This document shows positions 1 to 15,200 of a stretch of DNA of 64,000 bases, in pieces. The translations under genes and the position numbers were made by a program. The stretch lies in the NCBI GenBank assembly GCA_965235115.1, contig OZ249445.1:10664001-10728000 (forward strand). Reading direction: 5' to 3'. Positions within the stretch are counted from its first letter, which is position 1, and each line of letters begins with the position of its first letter. Under the pieces are notes generated by a model, which made no database searches, was not told the DNA's origin, and saw nothing but the letters and a program-made list of their open reading frames with translations. The DNA is from Laetmonice hystrix. Its lineage: Eukaryota.

Positions 1-3000
1 ACGGTGGGGTTGGGCTCCCAGCACTGACACTGACTCTTAAACACCTACATCACACCTGGCTTATAACATCTCGGAGACAATATCAAGTCCCCTCACTGTG
101 ATACTGGGCAAGTTTTTCTTCACCACGACTGTACACAGCCTCAGAGTTTAATCCGTTTAAATCTCCACGTCAAAGTGTCAAAATCTAAATTACATACATG
201 TACTGGGTAGTGTGGCAGACTGCGCATCTGCAGGCTCATGAATCTCCCTAAGACGGTGCCAGTCGTTAAGGAGAGGAAGACCGTTCTAAGGTTATTGACG
301 ACGATCTTTCTCCGATCTTTCTGAGCAAAGGAGGAAAGCCAAGTTGATGAGGGCGACGTTTGCTTGATCCAGGGAGGCTGGGTAGCCTCTAACACTGGCT
401 GGCCATGAGCTGGAGTCTGCACGCCATTACAACATTGAGGAGTGTTACAATAGCAGCAATCATGCTGCCAGCGCTGCGTATCTACACCGCCGTCCCTAGG
501 AGGCCAATAAATAAGCAATATGGCAATTATGTGGAGTGTGGCTGATGCGTTACCCACGGAGGTCGGGCCCAAACACACGACCACTTCGCATGCTAACTCG
601 TCCTGGGCGTGCACGCCCCGCGACAAACCTCCCACCCGGATCGCTCACTCCGCACGCGCCGGCCCACCACCCGCCCGCCCACCCATCACACCGTAACAAT
701 GTCAATCCTCTAAATCATAACATCCAACGCCCAAATCACAATGAACACATTTTCCGCTAGAAATCTACCTCAGAGCATTATCATTTCACACACATAACGA
801 GCGGGTATCAAGTAACCACGGCTGCCATGGAAATGTCCAACCCAGCCGGTGATTCTGATCATCGAGCACTCCCATACTACGCCAGGAAAGGTTCGATCAG
901 GCCGGATTTTATGTCTCCGCGGGTTTTTATTACCAAGCACAGACTCTTAAGATCAGCCTTCGGGGCCATACTAGCCCAGCGCGGGGTCAGGACCCCTATC
1001 CCAGCTCCTGTCCATAAAATACTAACAGTCGGCCAGCCCTTAGCTACCGTCCATAAAACCTTTTCCTGTTCAGTCAACCTTATATATGATATCCATAGCC
1101 AACATCCTCATAACCAGTCAACCTCCTAGCTAACATCCAAAGAATCTGACAATTAGTTAACCCGTCTGTAAGTCAGTTAACTTTTTTCCTAACACATTCA
1201 TAGTCAGAAGACCTTAGCCTTCCCAGCTAAAATCTTTAAAACCCTGAGAACAGTCAGCGTGACAAACACCCATCAGCCATGCCTTCCGCTTACTCACCGA
1301 CAACTAGTCCCCCCTCCCTGTTAACTTCTATAAGACCCTGACAGTTAGAAAACCTGTACCAAGTACCGGACTCCCAAGTACCGGACCATGAATCCCTCAC
1401 GGTCAGTTTTCCAATTCTCCACCTCCAGCCAACGGCTACTACAGTTGCTTCAAGTTTTGTCGTACAGATTTCTACATTTCCTAACTGTCGTTGCTCCAGC
1501 AGCGTTGATCTTGATCCCGTTGTGAGTGAGTGTGGGCAGTGTCCATGGCGCTATCTCCTGTATCAATGTGAGCCGGTTCGGTAGAAACAAACCACTGCTG
1601 ATACAGCCACCGTCTACATTCATCCACACAACCTGACCAGTGGCATACTGTTTCCTTACATTTGTTGTTCGTGTTGCACAGACTTTAGAATCAATTTTGT
1701 ATGTCCTCAAAGGTCCACTCTGCTGGAGAGTCCGAGAGCACAACTTATAACGTTACTGGTCAGACCTGCAGGCTACAGTGGCCCTTTGGTGCAAGAACCA
1801 AGCCCTTTTGTGGGTGAAGGAGGTTTTTAATCGCAATGTCTGCACAGTCATGCAATGTCACCTTTACAAGTATTATCAATTATCAAAGCCCATTTTCTAA
1901 AGGTTTCCATACTGCTTTGACCTGTAAAGTTAACCTTTATTGCTTTGTACATGTACTTCAGCAATAAGGTCGAGGTATGCCTGAGCGAGTAGACAGGCCC
2001 CATTCTAACCCTGGTGCTTTGTCTCATGCTTGTTCATAAATAAGCTGAAGATAGAACCTGGGTGACCGTTTAACCAGGGAGTACACCAGTATTGGCAGTT
2101 GGCAAGTTGAACGCAGCCTCCAAGCCTTGTATACCGCAGGGCACACTGACCATAGGTCAACTGGTACAATGCGCCTCTTGGCATCATCACCACACCACTC
2201 AGACTTTGCAGCAATAGAAAACATTAAATTTTCCAGCGTTCATTTTCCCAGCGTGCTTCTGTCGTGTGAGTAATGCCCTAGCCCATGCTATGGAATAGCG
2301 TTTTATCCCATTAAGTGTCAATTTGCTGGCTGACAACAGATACAACTGATGACCCTGTTTTCCCTGCATTTGTTTGCATTAAACTGATGGGCCAGTTCAG
2401 TATCATTTACTGAACATGAAGAATAATTGACCAGACCATCGTCTGATTGTGATACACCAACATTATCTTGAGCCACTGAATACAATCGTGAAACTCGTTT
2501 CATAATCATAAGTAAGAAGCAACAACACCCATATTATTACACCGTTTAAAATTATTGTGCCTTATCACCTAAAACAGAAATTTTCGAAGAAAAACCGCCA
2601 CAAAATTCCCATAAATGAATCTTTCGATCTGTGACATTAAAAATCACTAGATTCTTAGCTTGGGTTTCATCAGTTGATACATTTCTGCTCCCTGCTACTA
2701 AATCCAAAGATACGCATGAAGTTGGTGCCAACAAAACGTCACAGCAATCGACTCTCCGCATAATAAATGGTATTCCTGACTGACGCTTCACAAACTCACT
2801 GCCAGACCACAGAACATCAATCTTCTAGCACAACCTCGTCTGTCCCGCTATCTCAATCTAGTCGGCAAATCACCAACATTTCCTCTGCTACTAACGGGTT
2901 GCACTAAACATAATTAATATCTCAAAAACTTGACCTTGTATTTTAATTTTGGAAACAATCACAGAACTTTACATGACGTCACAGAACATCCTCCCCCCCC

Positions 3001-5624
3001 CCCCGCCATTAGGTGAGCAGACACCTGGCGGATCTCAAGTCTTGCAGACCTCAATTCTATCCTTCCTATTGGTGTTCAATTTATATGTTATCGAAAGGTC
3101 CCGCGTGGAACAATACAGACAGGACGGATGAGGTAAGAATACAGTAAACAATACTAACGCTATACCAGGAATACTATATATTCACGTTACAGCAATAATA
3201 TTACTGGTTTCTTTACTGATAAATTCCATACACGTGAGATACATCAAGACGCACTTTCCTGGGTAGTGACGCCTGTGCGTGGGTGTGACGTCTTCGTCTT
3301 ACCAAATCTTTACTGTTGTTGGCACACCCATCTGATGGCTCAATCCCTTGACATCATATTTCCATTGTAGGTCATAGCTTGAACCCTCCACTGCTGCATG
3401 GGACCCTTTTTCCGTATGCAATTATCGATCAGCTTCCTTGTGGCAGTTGTGCCTCCCCCTTCCCTTCGCACCCCCATCTCCCAACCCATCTTCTCCACAG
3501 CACCTGGTCCATTATCTAAATTACTTGGCTGGCCCACATGCACCCATAACAGAATGCCACCGACACACACTCACAAGAAAAAATTCTTACAAATTGTTTG
3601 AACGCTATCGTTTATTCATTAAGACGACCATCTGTAATATGAGTATCAAAAGCAGACAGTGCTCTCTATAAAATTGTGCCGCGGGACGACTGTGGGCTCG
3701 CCCCCCCCCCCCCCCCCCCCCCCCCGCCAGCACACAATGACTGTGTCCAGTGGACAGACAATTCCACGCCAACCGTAACTTATGACAGAGGACCAGATTG
3801 GTTTTTATTGATGTCATCCTTAGCTTGGTGGCCGCCATCGGCTCCGATGTGGTCCTCCCTCGGGCCACCATTCACATAGCAACCAGCTTACCAGCTCTCG
3901 GCTGTCCTACATCGAGTCTGGATGCGAATTCCCACCAACCTATAAAACTGCTTCCGATATCGTATCATAGAAAGAAGACCTGACTTTAGCTTACAATCTT
4001 CCGCAGTCTTACTTCATACAGTCTTACCTAAGGGCTTGCACAGTATTACGGATGTCTTCACATTATGATATTAGCATAACATAATGTTCCATCACCCAAG
4101 AACAGTTTGATTTATATACACATACGTGCTTTACTACAAACCTCTACTTTCCTCTCCCCTCCCCCCTCTCAAATTTCTCCAAACAGAATGGATGGGCTGG
4201 TCGTTTGTCCCTATGTCTAATACTCTGGCTTTTCCCTAAAAGTAATAACTGTACCATCACTGGTACCAGTCAAACTCGAAGACTAACAATATCAGCAGCT
4301 TAACATTGATTTCCTTGTATCACTAAGGAACGCAATTGTGGGACTCATTTTATTCAATCCATGTTCAAGACTTTATTTTACGTTTGCTGTAAACCACTGC
4401 AATTGCCTTAAAACGTGCAGATTTATTTTCAGAGCACTTTGTAACGAGAAATGCTGACGTTCGGAAGGATGAGCTTTATCAGATCAAATAATCGTCACCA
4501 GTTAGTTCTATTACAGGCAATGGACTTCAGAACTCTGTCTTAATTTGAAATTTCCATAAGAAATGCGATTAGTTATTACTTGCAGAGAACACATAATTAA
4601 AAGGTAAAACCATCAAGATAATGGCAACTTTCAATCTTAAACTTCAGTGTTGTGCAGAAAAAAGAATAGTTGCTATTCGAACAGTAACAGTTGAAATACG
4701 GGTTAGTTTCCAAGGACTTTGCTCACGATTTTCTGACAGGTATACACCGTGACATTTATAAATGGGCCCGGGACGTATGTTTTTTATTATTATTATGGAA
4801 ACATCAGAACATACCAGGGTAACCACAACGGGCCGCCACTCTGAGACAGAAATTCATATTATGTTCATGATGCCTGACCGAATTGATTAATAGGCTACAA
4901 CTTGGATGACCTGGGTCTACGGCACCTAAAAACACCTGTTTTCCATTTCTGATTTTATTTTTCAGATCTAAAAGTCATGCCACCTTTCCCAAACTCCTTT
5001 AAATATCATCTTTCAACGGCCTGACTGGCAACTGCTTTTCTCTTCCCTTTCGGCGACAAAACGGACTGCTCTGTCTATCGTTGGTCTACTCTGTTTTTCA
5101 GATCGACTTTTGATTGCTAGATTCCCAGCTGTCAAACGGCTGATTCTGCCCGCACCCCACGGATGGCTGCAGGGGTACTCGCCGCTCACCGTCTGGACAA
5201 AAGACTGGGGGGGGGGGTGCTTTCAATACCCGTCATCTGCCTCATGTAGGCATGATATGCAAATTCACCCACTGCATTGTGGGCTACGTTCAACCGTCAC
5301 CGGTAGGGTGATGAATGGAATCGAACCAATTATTACGTTCATACCGTTAGTACCTAGGCTTACGTTTGCTAGAATTTCAACAATTGTCTCATGTTAGAAG
5401 AGGGCTAGAGGATAAATCTAATGGTTCAAAAGTTATTCCTAAATGTATGCATTTGAAATAAAATCTATATGTCTATGAGATTTCGGACAAAATTGCACAA
5501 CCTTCCCTCAGATCAAGGTCCAAACCTAATATTCAAATGTCAGAAGGGACAGCGACTCTTTCATCTTTGACAAACTTTGAAAGGCCTATTATTCCAAAAA
5601 TAGGCCAAATATAATAACCAGAGT

Positions 5625-7790
5625 TTAGGGGTTGCTCCAAAGGGTTTCCACCCGGTCACGGTTTTCCCTCTTTCCCCCTCCCTCCTCCTTAACTTGGCAG
5701 ACTGCCACAGGTTTAATCAAGATTTCTTTATCTACCGTGCCTGCTAACACTGTACCCGACACCCTGTGCAAGTGTTCCTGAAGTAGAAAGCTACAATTGT
5801 CCACCTGATTTCCTCGCAATCTCATCCCGGACGGTCAACCCCTGCACGAATCAGACATTCCCTGTCATTGAATCACTTCACACCCCGATTACTTGCCCAC
5901 CTACAGCGTCACGGACACCACAACACTTGGGCATCTCATACATTTGATAATCAAATTTCCAAAAGGGCCAATTCTATTTTCTCTTGGTGTAAATCTGCGA
6001 CCATCCAAACAAGGCAAGTGCTTAATCCCTGCGATTGAACCGGGTTACCACTCCGCCTCTCGGATGTGTACATTGGCCAGCACTGTACACATGCACTGCC
6101 AGACAACTGAGAAAACAAGATCTACTCGTTGAAAACGTGAAGTATACGGCTGGTCTACCACGCCAATAGGATTGATCGGAGGCTCGCTCGTCCAGGTATG
6201 ACCAGTCCGAGCCAGGTAATAATAGACTGGTAGCAACCCTCCCCCTCAAAGTCTCCACAAACTCCTTATTTAAATATAGACCAACGAGCCATGACCTCAT
6301 CTGGTGTAACAGTTGAATTGCCAGTCAACGGCCTTTTGTGTTGGTTCTAACGGCTGGCCGCGCAGTAGCAGCAAATTATCCCAATCAGTGCTCAGTGATT
6401 TATTTCTGTCGTAAAACCCTGACGATTTCTGCCTCCCGTCTCCCTCTACATGGCATCCTTCTCTCACTCACTCCTCTATGAAGTCAGAAGCATCGACATT
6501 ATTCACACTGCTCACATACATTACAGTAAAATATTCTGTTTTGTGAAATATTCGGAATCAAGCCATCGGACAATGCATCATGGATGAGGGCCTCCAGGTC
6601 AGTCGGATGTGACAGATTCAACGGGCTTGCACAAAGCATGAAAACAAAAATTCAAATAATTCCCTCCACCCTTGCCTGACTTGTACCATCCAACATCTAC
6701 AAGCAATTTTCATGCGTAAGTAAGTTAACCTGACTGACACTGTGTCGGTATTCGTGAGGTCTTGCTCTCGGAGATTCTGTCGCATTAACCAATACCCCTC
6801 AAAACTCGCCATGGTTTTAAAACTGGTGTTCACTGTTAAGTCCATATAGTACTGCTTGAAAATACATTCATCATGCCCCTCCTGCTTTATCAAATTAATC
6901 GTGTAGGCATATTAATTCTGACCCCTCCCTCCCCCCCAAAAAACCCTTTGAGAATCTGACCAATGGAGGCCCACAAACGTCCACAACATGGCCACAAAAG
7001 ATGCACTCCTGACCAAGGGGATGGGTGAGGACATGAACTGATCCCTGATCGGCCGACCTTCAGTGTCTCACCCAGGGTGCGTCAGGGTCCAGGTATGAGG
7101 TGACCCTCCCGCTGGGGCCGACCCTTGGATACAGGTGGTTTTTGTTCGGTGGACTCCTGTCTAACAAAGCCCAGGTACGGCGTGACTGGCGTTGGCCGGC
7201 CCCGCCCCACCACCGGCATGTCTGCGGTGGCCCGACCGCTTTCACGTGGAGGGGGCCCGACTTGACACCGGAAGGTCTTCGGATTGATGTGACATCATCT
7301 GGACCCTGAGTCGGCTGAACCTCCAGTAACGCATACATCCAATGCACTCAGGCCTTACAGGTGCCTTCTCTCTTCTCACGACTTTCACCCACAAAATGTT
7401 CTCTTCCTGGTCCTGCCTTACACGATAACTTCACACTGGGCTCCAATTATGGCGATTCAGTTACAACGTTTTAATTCTTGTTGAGAATAGGTCTGACCTC
7501 ATTGGTCAGTACATGAACTAGTTCAGTTTTCACTGACGTGACCTTCCGAGATGTGGGTAAAGCTCATCTTGGTTTGATCTATTCAAATTCGGCATGCACT
7601 ATTCAGTTAGTATTGGTATTGCCTACAATACCTGTATGGGAGGTCAATAACTTCCCTGTCACTTCTCGTTTCATGGGCTCTTTATGAATTCAATAGCAAT
7701 TGACCCAGCAAACTTCCTTTATTCCTGACATTACACACACGTGACCATGCGCCACCGACTTAAAAAAAATACCGTAAGAGTACTTCATCC
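5625..7790 (-). pseudogene. Decayed long ORF of unknown function
   Basis: ORF-track pieces 6618..6893, 6045..6236 and 5625..5825 share one frame, with about 11 internal stops in ~420 codons by my count (only moderately below random expectation). 7060..7347 and its upstream extension join by a frameshift. Confidence 0.35.
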
Positions 7791-10700
7791 TGACCCCAAT
7801 CTAGGTTTCTTCAATACTCGCAACCTTTCCGCTAGTATTTCAGCGCAAATACAATGAGTTATACCTGCCCACAAAACCAGTGTTTCTGCCCGGTATTGGC
7901 CGTTAAAACCCAAAAGCTACACATGCCATTAAATTCTTTAATGTTCCCCCCTTTTAGGAGGATTATTTTTTTGTTTTGTTATTCACAAATTAAAGCAATC
8001 TAACAGTGACCAGAAGTGGCAGGTTCTGGGCGGATAGTGGGCCTGCTATGACCTGAACCGAGTCGTGACCCTGAGGCCCACCTTACCTCCTGACCCATGC
8101 ACTAATTTCCGATAGAACCGGCGGTCTGACTGCAGGTATTGTGATTTGAAATCATTAAATCTACCTGACCAGCCCTCTCCGGCTATCAGCAAACGGACAC
8201 TACATGTACCTAACATGTGTAAGGTTGCTTGGCAACTATCTCCGTATCACCCCACAATCTGGTTAGTACAAACACTTCTTTAGAGACATTAATGTCACCC
8301 GTTGGGTCTTGATGATATATTGGGATCTGCTTGATTAATAAAAAGTGTGTTCACCGAGTATCAATCATTTTAATGTCAATAACGATACAAACTCGCATCA
8401 GGGCTCAGTCCGCTGTTTGCATTCATATTATGTCTCCTTTCTCCCCTCTAGGATTATGCTTTCCCCTTTCTCTCGCACTTCACTTTACCAAACATTAGAA
8501 GACTAGGAAGAAGTCTTTACTTGCAGCCTAAGTTAATCAGCAAATGTACACTAAAAAACATTTACACCTGTATTAACACTGCTAAACACAAATTGACCAA
8601 ATCAGCGACAGGAGGAAGACTAGATAGACATGATGGCGATAGTAGTTGGCACGATTCCCTTCCCGCATGTTATCCCAAGGTTGGCAGGGGCACTGAGACG
8701 CAACTTTGAGGTATAGTCTCTTCCAACCCTACGATAACAACTTGAGCAAGGTGTTCAAACTTACTATATAATATATCCAGCGACCATGGAGTGGGAGCCT
8801 GGCAGGTACATCACAATGAACTCCGGCCAGAATGAAAGTCTTGAGGTCCGCGATGCTCCAAGATCCAAGTCGTCGTAGGGACGATACAAACACCTGGACT
8901 CGACCGGACTCTACCTTAACGTCGTGTTACCTTCCGGAAGCTGTTGTTTCAAATGTGACCACTCCCTAAAAACTTTTCCAGGTGTTCTTTCAATCCAGGT
9001 CTGGGTGACGACAGTCGGCCTCACCAGGTGTAGCCTACTGTATACCATGACCCATGACACTCAAGGTTTTGTATGTCATTAACGATTTAAAAAAATACGA
9101 AATAGAAATGGCCAGCGTAGGCCTACATCTCCACGATACACTCTCTGTGTAGACTGCTACTTCTCCTCCAGCAGGATGTGAAGTATTGGAGAGGACTCGG
9201 AGCCTTTGTCTGGATACCTACCGGTGTGGCTATACGTAGAGTATATGCCACACCTTTCATTGATTGACCATCAATGACACAGCTGCCCCCTTCCCCTACC
9301 CACATTCGGTATATCATCACATCTCATGACACCCACACGCTCCTACCACAAAGACACCTGAGACTGAAGTGCATAGCTTCTAACATCGAATCCACAGCTT
9401 CTAAAACCCAATCCACAGCTTCTACATCAGAGCCTACATATCACTCCTCCCAGGTGCTTGCCCAATGGATTCCGCCACTTTAAAAAACATAAACAGAAGC
9501 GTTTGCTTTTGGGCAACTCAACATCCGTAGGAATAAAGAAGTTGGCTTGGATCACTGACCGACCAGGCTATTCGAGAGGAATGCTAGTCCCTATGTGGGT
9601 GACATACTATCAGTATACCAAGCTCAATACACATCCTGGGCCAATTACATTCTTGGTACAACTCAATTGAGGATTGAATTTGGGGGAAATAGGTGTGTCT
9701 GTTCGACCACATGAACCTGGTTGACCCTGAGTTATGGTACTCGTCCCAGCTAACCTACAATCATCGTTATCAAAATAGACTTTGACATGAATCCATACAT
9801 GCAGGATGTAATTTATTACCTCCTAGCAGACCACGAACAAGTACCCACCGTTCCCTTAGGACTATCGCCAACCTCTATTAACTAATCTCAAACTTTAACC
9901 CTTGCGACTCTCATTGATTTGTTTAACATGCTTCATCCTCTAATAACAGGCACAATGGGAAGTGATTACGTCTGGAAACGTTAAAACGAGTAAAACTTCA
10001 GAGTACAGTTCGTTCAGACATAGAACATGTAATTCTTCAGGTTACGTCTTATGGAATAAAAGAAAAATTAAAAGCCACTTTTTTAAATAAGTAGATGGCG
10101 TTGTACGGTATGATCGTCAGTAGTACTGGTGCTAGTGGCTGTAAGGTGTAAGATGAAGGGTTGGTTAATGTCATTGAGCCCACCACGCGCCCACCCACCC
10201 AGCTCATCCAGGCCCCTGCTGCCAGCCATGTCACCGTAGCCAACTGTGACCGACTAACTTGGCACGCCTCAAACTCTTCCTCTCTCTACATTTCTTTTCT
10301 CAAACAAACAGACCCAGTCTCACCCACACATCCTTAAGTGGCCCTAACCAACAAGGTGGCAACGATGGGGTCACAACTCGGGCTCATTAATCTAACTGAT
10401 TTGGATGAACTCCCATACAGGCCCCTGAAAGGTATTTATTGTTCTAACTACTATCTGTTTTGTCATCTTTAGCAGTGCGACCGGGCTGACTGTTCTGTGG
10501 GCACTATGTACTTGATATATCATCGACCTACTCTGTAGTTTAAAAGATCACCCACTGCTACATGTCGCTTTATATTGTTACCAATCCACTCTCCATCCAC
10601 ATAAAACACCAATACAGAGCATAATATATCACGACCAAATATGTAGCTCAATATACTATGAACTCATTATTTAATCGCATATCACCTTGAGCGATCTGTT

Positions 10701-12189
10701 CTCATGTCGGAGAAGTTAACAATTACACATGATTATCATTGTGTAGCCTATCTCCCAGACTTAGCAATACTAGATGTGACATGTCCGCAGTATCATATCA
10801 AAATAGGACAACTTAGGGCTACATGATTAATCATATAACGTGAATCACGTAAAGATAGGCTTGAGGTAGAGTATCAAGGTTAGTTGGAAGGTAAACGGTT
10901 CGACAGGTTTCAGGACGATTTGCTCATCAGTTCTTTCACGATAATAAGTGCTTACTAGGTTAGTGTACGGGTAGTGTGAACGAGGGTTGCCAACTGGGGG
11001 AAGTCCGGATGGTTAGTAGGGAAATGGGACTATAAAACGTCTCATTTATCAACTTACGCGACTAGTTATTTCCTTACCATGCTGTGAAGGATGTAGACGT
11101 AGTGCTTTGGACGGAACCAAATATAAAAACTTAAGGATTCCTAAACTGCTTATTAGCACCACTGTATTATTATAATGTTGGGGGGGGGGGGGGGGAAATC
11201 ACGTCTTAATATAACTGAACTTAAACAGGTAAACAAAATCCATTACAAAGACAATGCTTCATTTTGCGAAATTGTTTAGTTATCTTTGTGACATGTTCTA
11301 CAGAAGCTTTTTTTCATGATTTTGAAACGGCCCGTACAATGGTTTACTACTGTTCGTTACAAAAGATCTTTATATGCACCAGATGTGGAGCATTCAACTT
11401 TTTACGGACAGTTTCGCATGGTCCGTATGAACTGCCTTTGAGATGGGTTGCTGTATAAATTTAGTTTGTGAACTAAGTATGGTCTCAACAGACACCTCGG
11501 CTGCTTAAGGTTGGTGGACCCTGCCCCTCAGTGCATGGTTGAGTTGCGCCCTGGCCTCGTAGTTCCCCTGTCTGGGTAACCCTTCTCAAGTTTGCAGCCA
11601 TCACTCGCCTCCCCACTTGGCCAGCTATCAAAAGGCATTTCACTCTGCTGATTCTAGTGTTGGCACAGGGCTGTTCATGGGCTAATAGAGATCAGGCTGG
11701 TTGGTCAATGGTGGCCCCATCAGGGGCCCAGCAGTAAACGATCTACCTGCCGATCTTTAGACCTTTACCTAGGCCTTTAAACGGTGAGCGTGGCTGGCCA
11801 ACTGACTGGCAGCAACCAGCTGCCTTGGCTCTGCCAGGGTCTGCACACAATCGCACCTACCATTATGCTTAGACGCCTTCCGTGTTTTGCGTGGCCGCTT
11901 CACATGACGGCCCGATTCTTCCATCACACATCTACTGGTAAATCCAAAGTCATCTTGTCAGGGTAATCCATCAGCTTACAGTCAGTTATCCAGCTAATCC
12001 GCGTAATATCCAGAGTCCCGTGCTGCACGGCTTTATCAGCTAGCATAGTGGCAGTGAATTGTACTTGTGCCTCCCGCCTGCTCCATTCATTGCGATGCGA
12101 TCATGACAAACGGTACTCGGTGTACATACAGCAGGCAGCGTGGCGACGGGCAGCGGCGGACAGCGGCCCCCGGAGCTCCCAACTCCAAC

Positions 12190-12260
12190 CGGCACACACC
12201 ACCACCCGACCGACCAACCAACCCACCCACCGACGGACGGACGGACGCACACACACACTG
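12190..12260. repeat. Compound microsatellite (CCAC/CGAC/GACG/CA)
   Basis: accacccgaccgaccaaccaacccacccaccgacggacggacggacgcacacacacac. Confidence 0.7.
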
Positions 12261-15200
12261 CTCACCTATTCACACCGCCCTGTGCCGCGAGTGCCTCATG
12301 CTTACCGAACCATGCAGGAGAGCACAAAGCGCCAACCAACGCCACCATCGTCAGCGCGCCAGCCACCGAGTGACCCACTAGAACGCGCCATCCTCATCGG
12401 CAGCACGCCTCGCTCCGCTGAGCACTCACTACTTGGTTAACAGCTAGCACTGTCACTTATCGCTACCGCTTACAACACATCAACCCCTCACAACAGGGTA
12501 AGAACACAGGCCAGCCACGCCGCGAGTCAGACCCCTACGTGCAGGGCTTTCAAAACCAGCATCCTTTTACTGATAATTCACTTGTGCGTTATTACGTCCA
12601 CTTCTGTTAGCCTGAGCACCAATTATAAAAGAACGGGCTGTGATTACAAGTCAGATGACTTCTTGTTGAAGTGAAAATGTTTCATTAGCTGAACTCTGCT
12701 TACTTTACAAACAAACGAGTCTGTCGCTGGTCCACAGGTAGCGTACCTGTGCACTTACTAAGCTGCCTGGCGACCCGGCCTGACAAACAAAGTCAGTCTT
12801 TGGCTCCTCTCGCCCGCTAGCAATTGTCACTGGTATTTCTGGAATTCTCCGTCCAAGTGAGCCTGAGTCAAACAATAGATGAAGGGGTTGGCTACACTCT
12901 CTATAGCTACTTTAACCACATAGATCTGAATGTGTTTCCACGGCTACCTTCAGATCTCCTCTCCAGTCCGCATCCCCATTGCCTGTCATCAGATTTCAGT
13001 GTCGCTGGCCGGCCACCTTGCGGCCCCTCCAATAACCACCCTACAATGGGGTGGACACAGATTTGCAGTGAAGCGTTTCCGGCCGCCGACGCCGTGGTCC
13101 TGCCGGCTGACAACTCCGGCGGCCCGACAGTAGAGGCCGGGTGGGGAGGGGGGAGGTCAGAATGCTAGAGTAAATAGACGCTTTTGAATGACGCGCACAC
13201 GGCCTGTGTGGGAGGCGTTCGCAAGCTGTCTATTCAATCAAGGATGCACAAAACGGCGCGCCATATTCGGTGTCCCCTCTTTACCCCGGCCGCGAACACC
13301 TTGTCAACATTGAACGCCTGTGTCAGTCTCACCTGAGTGTTCATGACAAAAGGCCTGGGACTGGCAGCTCTGGCAACACCACAAGTAAACTATGTCTGAT
13401 AGCACAAACACATCTCGACCTCTAGGCGTCAATATTCTACAATGTCAACTTCCCATGGACACACATGACACCAATATGTATTTCATCGGTGATCCGAGGC
13501 TATACTGATAACGGTGAAAATAGGGCAGCCCCTCCAACACTTGGTGGTCCTATAAGCTGAATTAAAACTGTAAAATATTTCTTTGTAAAAGGAACAATTT
13601 CTTGATTCCAAGGACTGTTTTTACCTCTATAACCTTTGCTTGAGTGCCTTCATCATACACATAAATCAAACCAACTACATGTATACGATCAAAAGAGTGG
13701 ATGGATATTTATGTAATACTTAAGTGACAAATTGTCTCACTATGAATTCAGCTTCCACTGAAGGACCCTATCATCTTGACCGACAGCATTTAATTGACCA
13801 CACATTGCACTGCTGCTGTCTTGTTGGTTGTAACAATTCGGCACTTCCAGCATAAGCATTTTATAAACATATGAACTTCAATCATAAACCTGAAAATCCA
13901 ATTCGTGGTTAGCAAGGAAAATGTTGGCCACTATTTTTTTTATCAAATTGAAAAATATTACCAAGCTTAAATAAATTAACCGTATTCTGTTGTGTATAAT
14001 CATACAAACTGTACCGCCTAACGGAATTCAAAATGCCCACATCCCAATTGCAGTCAGTGCCGCCACCTTCTGGATAACATGACGAACTACAACATATTTC
14101 CACTCTGTTCTAATATACCGACCTAGGCTTGGTAAGACTTTCAGTCTCGTTGGTCAGACATAGGATCTTCTGGTAAAAAAGAACAGACAGCTTCATTTTC
14201 TTGGATGCCAGGCGAGTTAATAGGAATTGTTCAGTAAATCTGTGAGGATCCCTATCCCGCAGCATATCCAGTTACTGCGTGCTAGAAGCAGTAATAACTT
14301 TACAGAAACTACATCTCCGGTAAGCAAAAATCATCAGTTTCCAGTCTCAATGATTGATCATTCCCTTCTTGCACTGGGGAGACTAAAGTGTATTCACTAT
14401 CCATTTTATTCCTTCAAAACGAACCCTCCCATTCGCCTAGGAAGGTTTTTATTTTACAAGAACAGTTACCAGTTACTAAGTAAAGCCTTCCTCGACTTGG
14501 CGATGGAGAGTGGGGAGAACTTGTCTCACCGTGTACACCCAATGGCCAATGCCGTGGTAAAAACCACCTTAAAGCTGCTACTATTGACTTGATGCAAACT
14601 TGCCAACAATCAACGCCTGCCGATCCATTACCCATCTCTTGTTGATTACAGTCGCCACACGGGGGCGTGCCAATCGTGCGTTATGACGCTGTGGGAGGAT
14701 GAATCCACAGGACTGCACTCCCACCGCCGACCTATAAATTAGTCATGTGACCCTCTCCATAACGGGTCCGCAGATAAAACGGCATCAATAATTCAGGCCT
14801 GACACCGAGCCGGGCACCGGTGGTGAATTTTCTTCACAACAACTGATCTGTGAATACTTTCCTAATTGATTTCCGATGGATGTACAGACTCTCTGTCGGC
14901 TCGTGCCGCGATGTCTCAAACCATCATTTTGGTGCTAAGGAGATACAGTCAAAACTGAAACCTCTACCTACCACTGGTCTAACATATAATTTACGCTACC
15001 GCCGACAAAAGCGTTGGTTTCTTTTCTACAGTTCTGATTACAGCAAGAGATCTGGTCTAGAAAAAAGCAAAGCTCATCCTCCTTACAATACAGCATAAGA
15101 GGCACACGTTTGTTCATCGGAAGTCAGTAGCAAAAGCACAGGAACTTGGCAGTTTGCATGATTCTATTCGACCTTCTTCACAGACATGCCCTCAGGCCCT

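Noticed and set aside
660-700. Similarity to 10177-10200 (both read WVGGRVVG on the minus strand)
   Set aside because: Low-complexity CCAC-rich sequence; the similarity does not extend.
9005-9070. LSVMG...ATPGEAD as an XPG/FEN1 nuclease motif
   Set aside because: The downstream EDxD..FG motif is absent; too short to support.
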